Shown: piece by piece, positions 19,856 through 29,606 of the stretch
Numbering within the stretch: the first letter of the stretch is position 1
Layout of the letters: the number at the start of each line of letters is the position of its first letter
Assembly: GCA_963705305.1 (NCBI GenBank)
Contig: OY970067.1
Coordinates: 2,688,001 to 2,752,000, forward strand
DNA length: 64,000 nucleotides
Direction of reading: 5' to 3'
Source: an uncultured Methylomirabilota bacterium
GTDB taxonomy: Bacteria; Methylomirabilota; Methylomirabilia; Methylomirabilales; 2-02-FULL-66-22
Position numbers and translations under genes: made by a program
Notes under the pieces: model-generated
The model's database searches: none
What the model was told of the DNA's origin: nothing
The model's input: only the letters and a program-made list of their open reading frames with translations

Positions 19856-20536
19856 ATGAAGGAGAGAGCGAGCGTGCGAAAGGCAAGAGGCGAAGGAGTG
19901 CCGTTGCGGGAGCCGGTTGTCGCACCGCAGACAAAATCGGTCGTCCGGGAATACGCAGAGGCCCTGATCATCGCAGTGCTGCTGGCGCTGGTGATCCGGA
20001 CGTTCGTGGTGCAGGCATTCAAGATCCCCTCGGGCTCCATGCTGCCGACCCTCCAGATCGGGGACCATATCCTGGTCAGCAAATTCATCTACGATTTCGA
20101 GTCCATCCGGCGAGACGACATCATCGTGTTCAAGTTCCCGCAGGACGAGAGCCGGGATTTCATCAAGCGGGTCATCGGGCTGCCGGGCGATACGCTGGAG
20201 ATCCGGGGAAGGCAGGTGCTCATTAACGGGGCCCCCCTCAAGGAACCGTACGCCGTGTACGACATGCCGGCATCTATGGACGCAGAGGAGCATCTCGGGC
20301 CGATTCACATCCCGACCGGTCAACTGTTCATGATGGGCGACAACCGGGATCACAGCATGGACAGCCGCGTCTGGGGGCTGCTGGACCTCCACAAGGTCAT
20401 CGGCAAGGCATTCATCATCTATTTCTCGGTCCGGAGCGAGGATATCCCGCATGAATCCGCCATCCCGAGCCTCATGTATGTGATCACCCACCCGGGCTTG
20501 ATCCGCTTAAGTCGGGTGGGGAGGCTGCTGCACTGA
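19856..20536 (+). CDS. lepB: Signal peptidase I
   Basis: IPSGSMLPTL, FIKRVIGLPGD, MGDNRDHSMDSR; follows lepA; start uncertain. Confidence 0.95.
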   Translation: MKERASVRKARGEGVPLREPVVAPQTKSVVREYAEALIIAVLLALVIRTFVVQAFKIPSGSMLPTLQIGDHILVSKFIYDFESIRRDDIIVFKFPQDESRDFIKRVIGLPGDTLEIRGRQVLINGAPLKEPYAVYDMPASMDAEEHLGPIHIPTGQLFMMGDNRDHSMDSRVWGLLDLHKVIGKAFIIYFSVRSEDIPHESAIPSLMYVITHPGLIRLSRVGRLLH

Positions 20537-20631
20537 CCCTGCTCCCCGCACGGTGGGTTGAGTCGGGGCTCCTCAATATCTGATGGCGAAATTTCTGTGA
20601 AAATTGCTGCCGAACATGTCCTTCCGACCCC

Positions 20632-20660
20632 TTGACAAGGTGCAGCCCCTTGTCTAGTAT
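20632..20660 (+). promoter_or_regulatory. Sigma70 promoter of the hrcA operon
   Basis: TTGACA-17 bp-TAGTAT. Confidence 0.75.
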
Positions 20661-20669
20661 AAGCTGAAA

Positions 20670-20696
20670 TTAGCACTCTCCCGTATAGAGTGCTAA
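20670..20696 (+). promoter_or_regulatory. CIRCE element (HrcA operator)
   Basis: Perfect TTAGCACTC-N9-GAGTGCTAA directly before hrcA. Confidence 0.97.
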
Positions 20697-20698
20697 CC

Positions 20699-21760
20699 AT
20701 GGCTATGATAATGGGCGGAGAAGACCGGATACTCAACGTCAGGCACCGTGGAGTCATGCGGGCGATCGTCCAGGATTACGTCCGGACCGCAGAACCGGTC
20801 GGCTCGCGGACAATATCTCGCAAGTATGGATTTTCATTAAGTCCTGCGACGATACGAATGATCATGTCAGATCTGGAAGAATTTGGCTATGTGGATCAGC
20901 CGCACACGTCGGCAGGGCGCATTCCGACGGACAAGGGGTATCGGTTCTATGTTGACAGCCTGATGGACCGGATTCCACTGTCCGCGGCCGAGGTGGAGTG
21001 GATCGAGCAGCAAGTGACGCCCAACGCGGTCGAGGTGGGAGACCTGCTGAGAGAGGCCAGAAATCTGCTGGCCGCCCTCTCGCCGTACGTGGTGGTGGCC
21101 CTGGAGCCGCGCCTGCACGAGACCCAGTTCCAGCGCATCGAGTTCGTCTTTATGTCCCGAGACCGGGTGTTGGTGATTCTGTTGGCGGACACCGGACTAG
21201 TCCTTCACAAGACGGTGAGGATCGAGGAGCCGCTGACCCAGGACGATCTGGATCGGATGGCGCGCTACCTGACGGACCTTCTCAAGGGGCGCACCCTGCG
21301 GGAGATCCGGGACCTTTTGGTTGCCCAGATGGCCGAGGAGAAAGCCCAGTACGACCGGCTGCTGGCGCAGGCTCTTCGCCTGGGGACCAAGGCACTGGAG
21401 GGAGAGGACGAGTCGGACATCCACGTGGCCGGCGCGGCCAGGATCGCCGATCAGCCCGAGTTCGCCGACGTGAGCAGGATGAAGAGCCTCTTCTCGGCCT
21501 TCGAGGACAAGTCCAAGCTGGTCATGATTCTGAACGAGTGTCTGGCGGCGGACCGCTGCCAGATCTTCATCGGAAGCGAGATCCCGGTCCAGGATATCCA
21601 AAACCTCAGCGTCATCGCCGCCCCGTACCGGCAGGGAGAGCGGACCCTCGGCGTTCTGGGGGTCCTCGGGCCTACCCGCATGGACTACGCGCGGGCACTG
21701 GCCCTGGTGGAGACGACTGCCAAACTCCTCAGCCGGGTCCTGACCGAACGGGCGGCATAA
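20699..21760 (+). CDS. hrcA: Heat-inducible transcription repressor
   Basis: EPVGSR, LSPATIR, QPHTSAGRIPTDKGYRFYVD, LGPTRMDY; start uncertain. Confidence 0.96.
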   Translation: MAMIMGGEDRILNVRHRGVMRAIVQDYVRTAEPVGSRTISRKYGFSLSPATIRMIMSDLEEFGYVDQPHTSAGRIPTDKGYRFYVDSLMDRIPLSAAEVEWIEQQVTPNAVEVGDLLREARNLLAALSPYVVVALEPRLHETQFQRIEFVFMSRDRVLVILLADTGLVLHKTVRIEEPLTQDDLDRMARYLTDLLKGRTLREIRDLLVAQMAEEKAQYDRLLAQALRLGTKALEGEDESDIHVAGAARIADQPEFADVSRMKSLFSAFEDKSKLVMILNECLAADRCQIFIGSEIPVQDIQNLSVIAAPYRQGERTLGVLGVLGPTRMDYARALALVETTAKLLSRVLTERAA

Positions 21761-21825
21761 CCGCTGAACGCATGCGCGGGCGGGGGGGCCGATGGGCGAC
21801 CCTCCCGTTCCGTCTGTCTGGAGCC

Positions 21826-22419
21826 ATGGAACAGCAGAGCGAACCGATCGTCCCGACGCCGAACCAGCCGGACGAATCCGCCACGGCCGCTCCGGAGGCT
21901 TGTCCGGCGCCTGAGGCGGGGGCAGACGCCCTGGCCGCCAAGACGCAAGAGCTGGAGCGCCTACAAGAGCGCCTCCTGCGGCAGCAGGCGGAATTCGAGA
22001 ACTACAAGAAGCGCATCGCCCGCGAGAAGGCGGAGTATCTCAAGTTCGCCAACGAGGGGCTTCTCCTCGAATTCCTTCCGATCCTGGATAATCTGGAGCG
22101 CGCGCTGACGGCCGCCCGGTCCGAGGTGGGCTCGACGCCGCTGGTCGAGGGGATCGAGATGATCGCCCGCCTCTTCCGTTCCACGCTGGAGAAGGCCGGC
22201 GTCAAGCCGATCCAGGCCATCGGGCACCCCTTCGATCCCGGCCTGCATCAGGCTGTGGCGCAGATCGAGACCCCTGACATGGATGAGAATATGGTGGTGG
22301 ACGAAATCCAGAAGGGGTATCTTCTGGAAGGACGGGTCATCCGTCCGGCCATGGTCCGGGTGTCGCGAGCGCCGTCGTCCGGCGGGAACGGTCCGAGTGA
22401 TGAGGACGCGCAGGCGTGA
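21826..22419 (+). CDS. grpE: Nucleotide exchange factor GrpE
   Basis: [41 protein letters not shown]. Confidence 0.96.
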   Translation: MEQQSEPIVPTPNQPDESATAAPEACPAPEAGADALAAKTQELERLQERLLRQQAEFENYKKRIAREKAEYLKFANEGLLLEFLPILDNLERALTAARSEVGSTPLVEGIEMIARLFRSTLEKAGVKPIQAIGHPFDPGLHQAVAQIETPDMDENMVVDEIQKGYLLEGRVIRPAMVRVSRAPSSGGNGPSDEDAQA

Positions 22420-23525
22420 ACGGGAAGCGTGATTTCTACGAAGTCCTGGGGGTCTCCCGCGACGCCAGCCCTGAAGAAGTCAAGAAGGCCTACCGGAAGC
22501 TCGCTCACCAGCACCATCCCGATAAGAACCCCGGGGACCACACGGCCGAGGAGCGGTTCAAAGAGATCAGTGAGGCCTACGAGATCCTAGGGAACCCCGA
22601 GAAGCGGCAGGCCTATGATCGCTTCGGCACGGCCGGTCCGGGCCGCGGCTTCGAGGGCTTCAGGGATTTCGATGGGGGCCTGGGCAGCATCTTCGACGAC
22701 CTCTTCGAGGGGTTCTTCGGCGGGCGGGCCGGAAGGAGTTCGCGGCGAGCGCATCGCGGGGCGGATCTCCGCTACAACCTGGAGATCCGTCTGGAGGAGG
22801 CCGCCAGCGGGGTGGAGAAGGAGATCCTCATCCCCCGCCTGGAGACCTGCGGCACCTGCCGGGGGAGCGGATGCCGGCCGGGATCGCAGCCGATTCCCTG
22901 CAAGGCCTGTCGGGGGACCGGCCAGGTCCGATTCTCGCAAGGATTTCTCACGGTCAGTCAGACCTGCAGCCAGTGCCGGGGCGAGGGCCGGGTTGTCGAG
23001 CATCCGTGCTCGGCCTGCCGCGGCTTGGGGCAGACCAAGGCTGAGCGGACGCTCACGGTCAAGGTTCCCCCGGGCGTGGAGACGGGAACCCGCCTCAAGC
23101 TGTCAGGAGAGGGGGAGGCGGGGGTGCAGGGCGGCCCCCCGGGAGACCTGTACGTCGTCATCGGCGTGAAACAGCATCCCATCTTCACGCGAAACGAAGA
23201 CGACCTGTACTGCGAGGTGCCCATCAGCTTTACCCAGGCCGCCCTGGGGGCCAAAGTCGAGATCCCCACACTGACCGGCCGGATCACCCTGAAGATCACC
23301 CCGGGGACGCAGACAGGGCAGGAGTTCCGAGTCCGCGGCAAGGGCTTTCCGAATCTGCGCGGCTACGGTCAGGGAGACCTGGTGGCGCGAATCTTCGTGG
23401 AGGTCCCCACGCAGCTGAACGCAAAACAGCGGGAGCTCCTGGAAGAGTTCGCCCGCCAGGAAAACGGCGGAGGAAGCCCCCTGGTCGAGGGATTCTGGGA
23501 GAAGGTGAAGTCGCTCTTTGAGTGA
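22416..23525 (+). CDS. dnaJ: Chaperone DnaJ
   Basis: J domain HPD; four CxxCxGxG repeats. Confidence 0.97.
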   Translation: MNGKRDFYEVLGVSRDASPEEVKKAYRKLAHQHHPDKNPGDHTAEERFKEISEAYEILGNPEKRQAYDRFGTAGPGRGFEGFRDFDGGLGSIFDDLFEGFFGGRAGRSSRRAHRGADLRYNLEIRLEEAASGVEKEILIPRLETCGTCRGSGCRPGSQPIPCKACRGTGQVRFSQGFLTVSQTCSQCRGEGRVVEHPCSACRGLGQTKAERTLTVKVPPGVETGTRLKLSGEGEAGVQGGPPGDLYVVIGVKQHPIFTRNEDDLYCEVPISFTQAALGAKVEIPTLTGRITLKITPGTQTGQEFRVRGKGFPNLRGYGQGDLVARIFVEVPTQLNAKQRELLEEFARQENGGGSPLVEGFWEKVKSLFE

Positions 23526-23671
23526 GGCGCCGCCCGCCGGCCCGGTTCCACCGGTTCGATCCCGAAGCGTTCACGAGGGCGCTTGCGAGTTCTCCGGGGC
23601 GCAGTCTCGGCAGGCCGACCCCGGGGAGGGGCTCCCGCCGGGGAAGCGGCCGAGCGGGGGCGGGGGAAGGC

Positions 23672-24466
23672 ATGGGCCGGCTGCACCACCGAAGATTCCT
23701 CGTCCCCGCCGACCGCATCCGGAACGGCCGGGTCGTGTTTGGGCCGGAGCAGGCGCACCAGCTGCTCCACGTGCTGCGGCTGCGGCGCGGCGACCAGCTG
23801 CTGATTTTCGACGGGACGGGGCGCGAGCTCTTGGCCACTCTGACCGAGGCGGATCCCCGCCGGGCGGAGGCCGTGACCGTCCGGGAGGTCCGCAGCCTGG
23901 CGGCCCCGGCATTGCGCCTGACCGTGGCCCAGGTTCCTCCCCGCGGGGCCGCCATGGATTTCATCCTGGCCAAGGCCACCGAGTTGGGGGCAACGCGGAT
24001 CGTGCCGCTGGAGGGGCGCCAGGGGGTCCGGCGGGGTTCGACCCGCAACGAGCGCTGGCTTCGCATCATCCAGGAAGCGGCGGAGCAGTGCGGACGAAGC
24101 GATGTGCCGGACCTGAGGGCGCCCACCACCCTGTCCGGCTTTCTGGCGTCGGGCGACTGGGAGGCGCCGCTGCTGGTCTGCCACCCGGCCCGGGACGCGC
24201 AGCCCCTGCTCCTCGCCTGCGAGGATTTCCGCGGCGCTCCGGGCCTGACCCTGGTGCTCGGCGGCGAAGGGGGCCTGAGCCCGGACGAAGTGGAAGAGCT
24301 TGAACGAGCCGGGGCGCGCCTGGTGTCGCTCGGCCCGCGTCGCCTGCGGGCCGAGACGGCGACAGTTGCCGCCCTGGCCGTCCTCCAGGCCAGCCTGGGC
24401 GACTGGGGGACGGGCCCGAGCGAGTCATGGACAGAAGGTGCCGATCTCCCGGAGCGGCGCCCCTGA
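23672..24466 (+). CDS. rsmE: 16S rRNA m3U1498 methyltransferase
   Basis: HVLRLRRGD, KATELG, EAAEQCGR, LGPRRLRAETA. Confidence 0.92.
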   Translation: MGRLHHRRFLVPADRIRNGRVVFGPEQAHQLLHVLRLRRGDQLLIFDGTGRELLATLTEADPRRAEAVTVREVRSLAAPALRLTVAQVPPRGAAMDFILAKATELGATRIVPLEGRQGVRRGSTRNERWLRIIQEAAEQCGRSDVPDLRAPTTLSGFLASGDWEAPLLVCHPARDAQPLLLACEDFRGAPGLTLVLGGEGGLSPDEVEELERAGARLVSLGPRRLRAETATVAALAVLQASLGDWGTGPSESWTEGADLPERRP

Positions 24467-24476
24467 GTTGGCGCTG

Positions 24477-25619
24477 ATGCCGAACCCCAGCATCCTGATC
24501 GTCGATGATGAGGAAGGCCTCCAGAGTTCGCTGGCCACGGCGTTCGCCGCCGAGGGCTATCGAGCCGAGGGGGCCGGATCGGCCGGGCAGGCCCTGGCGT
24601 GCCTCCAGCGGGCGCCCTTCGACGTGCTGCTCACCGACCTCGTGATGCCGGGAGCGGACGGCCTGGTCCTGATGGAGCAGGTGCGGGCCCTCTACCCGGA
24701 CACGGTGATCATCCTCATGACCGGGGGGGCCACGGTGGAGTCGGCCGTGCGTGCCCTGAAAGGGGGGGCCTACGACTACGTCCTCAAGCCCTTCACCCTG
24801 GTCGAGATTTTCCACGTGGTGGGGCAGGGGCTGGAGCAGCGGCGGCTGCGGCAGGAAAATCTCCAGCTGAGCGAGATCAATCGCCGCCTGCAGGAGATCG
24901 ACGAAGTCAAATCCAATTTGCTCTCGGCCGTCACCCATGAGTTCTGGACGCCGCTGACCATCATGCACGGGTGGCTGGATCTGCTCTTGGGGAACCATTT
25001 CGGGATTCTCTCCAGCGAGCAGCGGGAGAGCCTGACCACCGTGCGGAAAAGCGCGATCCGGCTGGGACGCTTGATCTCCAACCTGCTGGCGCTGGTGGAG
25101 TCGGAGCGCGGCCAGGGCCTGCGCAGGCTGTCCTTGATCGACCTGGCGGAGGTCCTGCGGGAGATCGCCGGAGAACTGCAGCCCGATTTGGCCGAGCGGG
25201 GCGTGCCGATCACACTGGCCCTGGATTCGGCGCCTGCCTTGATCCAGGCGGATGGGGATCGGCTTCGGCTGCTCTTTTTCAACCTGGTCGAGAATGCGAT
25301 CAAGTTCAGCGAGGCGGGTGCGGAGGTCCAGGTGGGGATCACCCGGGAGGCGGAAACGCTGGAGGTCGCCATCACCAACACCCGCGGCGACATCCCCGTG
25401 GAACGGATTCCCAGGCTGCTGCAGCCCTTCACACAGGGGGACATGAGCCTGAGCCGAGCGGTGGGCGGGTTGGGCCTCGGCCTGGCGGTGGTGCGCGCCG
25501 TCACGGATGCCCACCATGGCCGGCTGGCCGTCGAGTCCGGCGAGGGGCGGGGCACCACGATTCGGGTGCGCCTCCCGACGGCGCCCCCGGATATCCCGCG
25601 CGGGAGGGACCTGCCGTGA
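24477..25619 (+). CDS. Hybrid response regulator-histidine kinase
   Basis: N-terminal REC, HisKA (THEFWTPL), HATPase (NLVENAIKF, GLGLGL). Confidence 0.9.
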   Translation: MPNPSILIVDDEEGLQSSLATAFAAEGYRAEGAGSAGQALACLQRAPFDVLLTDLVMPGADGLVLMEQVRALYPDTVIILMTGGATVESAVRALKGGAYDYVLKPFTLVEIFHVVGQGLEQRRLRQENLQLSEINRRLQEIDEVKSNLLSAVTHEFWTPLTIMHGWLDLLLGNHFGILSSEQRESLTTVRKSAIRLGRLISNLLALVESERGQGLRRLSLIDLAEVLREIAGELQPDLAERGVPITLALDSAPALIQADGDRLRLLFFNLVENAIKFSEAGAEVQVGITREAETLEVAITNTRGDIPVERIPRLLQPFTQGDMSLSRAVGGLGLGLAVVRAVTDAHHGRLAVESGEGRGTTIRVRLPTAPPDIPRGRDLP

Positions 25620-26521
25620 TCCCGGCCCCGCCGCGGCAGCGGGATGTGGTCCTGGTGGACGGCTCGGCCTCCCTGTACCGAGCGTTCTTCGCGCTGCCGC
25701 CGCTCAGCAATGCCTACGGGACGCCCACCAACGCCGTGCTGGGATTCACCACCATGCTGCTGAAGCTCCTCCGCGAGGAGGAGCCGGAAGCGGTGGGCGT
25801 GGCCTTCGACGGCCCGGGGCCCACGAGGAGACACCTCGACTTCCCGGCCTACAAGGCCCAGCGCCCCGACATGCCGGATCGCCTGGTCCAGCAGATTCCG
25901 TACGTGCGCCGACTGCTGGAGGCCATGCGCATTCCGGTGCTCATGATTCCCGGGGAGGAGGCGGACGACATCCTGGGAACCGTGGCCGTGCAGGCCGCCG
26001 CCGCCGGGCGCCGGGTGCTCCTGGTCACGGGGGACAAGGATCTCCTCCAGCTCGTGGGTGACCGGATCCTGGTCCGGGATACGGTGAAGCCCAACGTCTC
26101 GGGGCCAGCCGAGGTGGCGGAGCGCTACGGGGTGTCGCCGGAGCGCTTGCCGGACTACCTGGCCCTCACCGGGGACAGCAGCGACAACATCCCGGGGGTC
26201 CCCGGAATCGGCGAGCGCACCGCCCGGGAGCTGCTGCAGCACTACGGGACCCTGGAGGGGATCCTGGCCGAAGCCCCGGGGGTGCGCAAGCCGCGGCTTC
26301 GGGAGACGCTGCTGGGTCATGCGTCCCAGGCCCGCGCCAGCCTCCGGCTGACCACCATCCGGACGGATCTCCAGGTGCCCTGGTCCGTGGAGGATCTGTG
26401 CCGTCACGAGCCGGATCTGGGCGCTCTGCTGGCCCTGTTCCGCGAGCTGGGGTTCAGCCGGTTGGAGCAGCAGTTCGCGCAGCCGTCGCTCGGCGGCTCC
26501 CCGTCGAGGCTCCCGGACTGA
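25616..26521 (+). CDS. Stand-alone 5'-3' exonuclease/flap endonuclease (PolA N-terminal domain only)
   Basis: LVDG...YRAFFA, EADD, TGDKD, GDSSDNIPGVPGIG; stops after about 300 aa with no polymerase domain. Confidence 0.9.
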   Translation: MIPAPPRQRDVVLVDGSASLYRAFFALPPLSNAYGTPTNAVLGFTTMLLKLLREEEPEAVGVAFDGPGPTRRHLDFPAYKAQRPDMPDRLVQQIPYVRRLLEAMRIPVLMIPGEEADDILGTVAVQAAAAGRRVLLVTGDKDLLQLVGDRILVRDTVKPNVSGPAEVAERYGVSPERLPDYLALTGDSSDNIPGVPGIGERTARELLQHYGTLEGILAEAPGVRKPRLRETLLGHASQARASLRLTTIRTDLQVPWSVEDLCRHEPDLGALLALFRELGFSRLEQQFAQPSLGGSPSRLPD

Positions 26522-26548
26522 CCGGCTCCCGCGGGGTGAAAGGAGCGG

Positions 26549-27190
26549 ATGATCGTCGTCGGCCTGACGGGAGGAGTGGCAACCGGCAAATCCACCGTGG
26601 CTGCCATGTTCGAGGCGCGCGGGGCCGCCGTCGTGGACGCCGACCGGATCGCCCGGGGGCTGCAAGAGCCGGGTCAGCCGTGTTACCGGCAGATCGTCGA
26701 GACCTTCGGGCGGGAAGTCGTCGGCGCCGACGGGCGGCTGGACCGGCGGCGTCTGGCCCGCCTGGTCTTCGATGACGCGGAGTCGCGGCGCCGGCTGGAG
26801 GCCATCATGCATCCGGCCATCTGGGACGGGTGCCAGGCCGGGATCCGGGCGGCCGAGGCGGCGGGCCGGCCGCTCTGCGTGGTGGACGCCGCGCTGATCC
26901 TGGAGGCGGGCTGGCAGCATCGGTTCCAGGCGGTCATCGTGGTGACGGCGCCCGAGGCGATGCAGGTGGACCGGCAGGTGCGGATGCGGAGCCTGACCCA
27001 TGCGGAGGCCCATCGGCGGCTCCGGACGCAGTGGCCGACGGCAGCCAAGGCGGCCCTGGCCGATTTTGTCATCGACAACGGGGGGGATCTGGCCGCGACC
27101 GCCGCGCAGGTGGAGCGGATTTTCGTCGCTCTGACCCGGAATCCGGCGGGGCGGCAAAAAGCACTTGACAAGGATTGCGGGTCTTTCTAA
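26549..27190 (+). CDS. coaE: Dephospho-CoA kinase
   Basis: GLTGGVATGKSTV, VVDAD, MHPAI. Confidence 0.96.
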   Translation: MIVVGLTGGVATGKSTVAAMFEARGAAVVDADRIARGLQEPGQPCYRQIVETFGREVVGADGRLDRRRLARLVFDDAESRRRLEAIMHPAIWDGCQAGIRAAEAAGRPLCVVDAALILEAGWQHRFQAVIVVTAPEAMQVDRQVRMRSLTHAEAHRRLRTQWPTAAKAALADFVIDNGGDLAATAAQVERIFVALTRNPAGRQKALDKDCGSF

Positions 27191-27193
27191 GAT
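27165..27193 (+). promoter_or_regulatory. Sigma70 promoter of rho
   Basis: TTGACA-17 bp-TAAGAT overlapping the end of coaE. Confidence 0.7.
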
Positions 27194-27488
27194 CTGCGCA
27201 ACTTCGATCTGTCCTCGCATCACTCCACGTACGATTTTCCGCACCTCGAGGCTTCGAAGCCTAGATTTGCCCGCGGAGTGCCGCGGCCCAACAGGTGAGT
27301 TCACAATCGTCCGACTGCGATCGAGGTCATCGCCTTCCGGGGTAGCCCTATTCTCCCGCCTGCATCGCGGGGTGCCAGCCTGAGCGGATCAGCTTCCAAG
27401 GAGTTGGGCAATGTCGGTCAATGGCGCGGAGCGGACACAACGGTCAGTCCAGGAGCCTGAGCAATCCGACTCCACCAAAGGAGTGTCA

Positions 27489-28736
<1,248 letters not shown>

Positions 28737-28781
28737 CTGGCCTTCCTTCCCGGCCGGGCGGGGCCGATCGGAAGGGCCATG

Positions 28782-28810
28782 TTGTATTGACGGGCCGAAT
28801 GGAATATAAT
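28782..28810 (+). promoter_or_regulatory. Sigma70 promoter of rpmE
   Basis: TTGTAT-17 bp-TATAAT. Confidence 0.65.
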
Positions 28811-28863
28811 CCCCCTATTCGACTTGGTGGCCGAAAACCGATTCGTAGTGTGGAGGCGCGAGC

Positions 28864-29091
28864 ATGAAGCCCGGAATCCATCCTGAATACGTCCCCGCCG
28901 TGATCACGTGTGCGTGCGGCGAGGTGATCCATACCCGCTCGACCACGCCCGTCCTCAAGGTGGAGATCTGCTCCAAGTGCCACCCCTTATTCACCGGTCG
29001 GCAGAAGCTCATTGACAGCGAAGGCCGGGTGGAGCGGTTCCAGCGCAAGTACGGGCGCAAAACCGCCGCCGCGACTCCGTCGCAGACGTGA
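28864..29091 (+). CDS. rpmE: 50S ribosomal protein L31 (zinc-binding type)
   Basis: [29 protein letters not shown]. Confidence 0.97.
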   Translation: MKPGIHPEYVPAVITCACGEVIHTRSTTPVLKVEICSKCHPLFTGRQKLIDSEGRVERFQRKYGRKTAAATPSQT

Positions 29092-29165
29092 GCCTGCTCC
29101 GCCGGCCGCACCCCTTAGGCACCTTCGGCAGAGGCTGCCCGCCCGGGGTTCGGCGCGGCGAAGAC

Positions 29166-29318
29166 CTAGCAGGATGCTGAGAAGCTCGTTTCGCCCAGGC
29201 TGCTCAAAAAGGTCCAGATGCAAGGCGGCCTCACCCATCCCTCGGGATGGGTACCCGGGGCGGGGCACCCATCCGAAGGATGGGTCTCTGCAGATGGCCT
29301 TTTTCAGTAGTCTGCTAG
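29166..29318. mobile_element. MITE-like non-autonomous element
   Basis: Terminal inverted repeats CTAGCAGGATGCTGAGAAG / CTTTTTCAGTAGTCTGCTAG; two internal ACCCATCC-N4/5-GGATGGGT hairpins. Confidence 0.7.
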
Positions 29319-29440
29319 AGAGGACATCTCCCATGCGGGTGAGGAGCGGTTCCACGGCTCGGCGCGCAGGGGGACGACCATCATCTCGCGCCGGACGGCT
29401 GCCGGCTTCCTCCGGCAGGGGGCCGGGTGCGGACCTGACC

Positions 29441-29500
29441 ATGTTCCCCTTCTTCGACCTCACCGTCCATCATCGAGCCGCCCACGGGCACCACCACTAG
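29441..29500 (+). CDS. Putative histidine leader peptide MFPFFDLTVHHRAAHGHHH
   Basis: 19 codons, 6 His in the last 10, upstream of an operon containing the his genes, followed by alternative hairpins. Confidence 0.7.
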   Translation: MFPFFDLTVHHRAAHGHHH

Positions 29501-29600
29501 CCGATCCCCGCCGGATCGGGTTTCCGTCTCTCCATTCATCAGCATTTCGGTCCGGACTGATCCGGTGTCCCCGTTCTCTCCCGGGGTGCTGTTTTGAGGG
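29501..29600 (+). promoter_or_regulatory. Putative attenuator with mutually exclusive hairpins
   Basis: 29501-07 pairs with 29513-19; 29509-19 pairs with 29557-67; 29564-73 pairs with 29582-90, followed by GTTTT and the prfA RBS. Confidence 0.6.
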
Positions 29601-29606
29601 CATACG

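Noticed and set aside
29012..29500. 162-aa ORF ending in the His-rich tail
   Set aside because: Overlaps rpmE out of frame and crosses the MITE; only the last 19 codons from ATG 29441 look meaningful.
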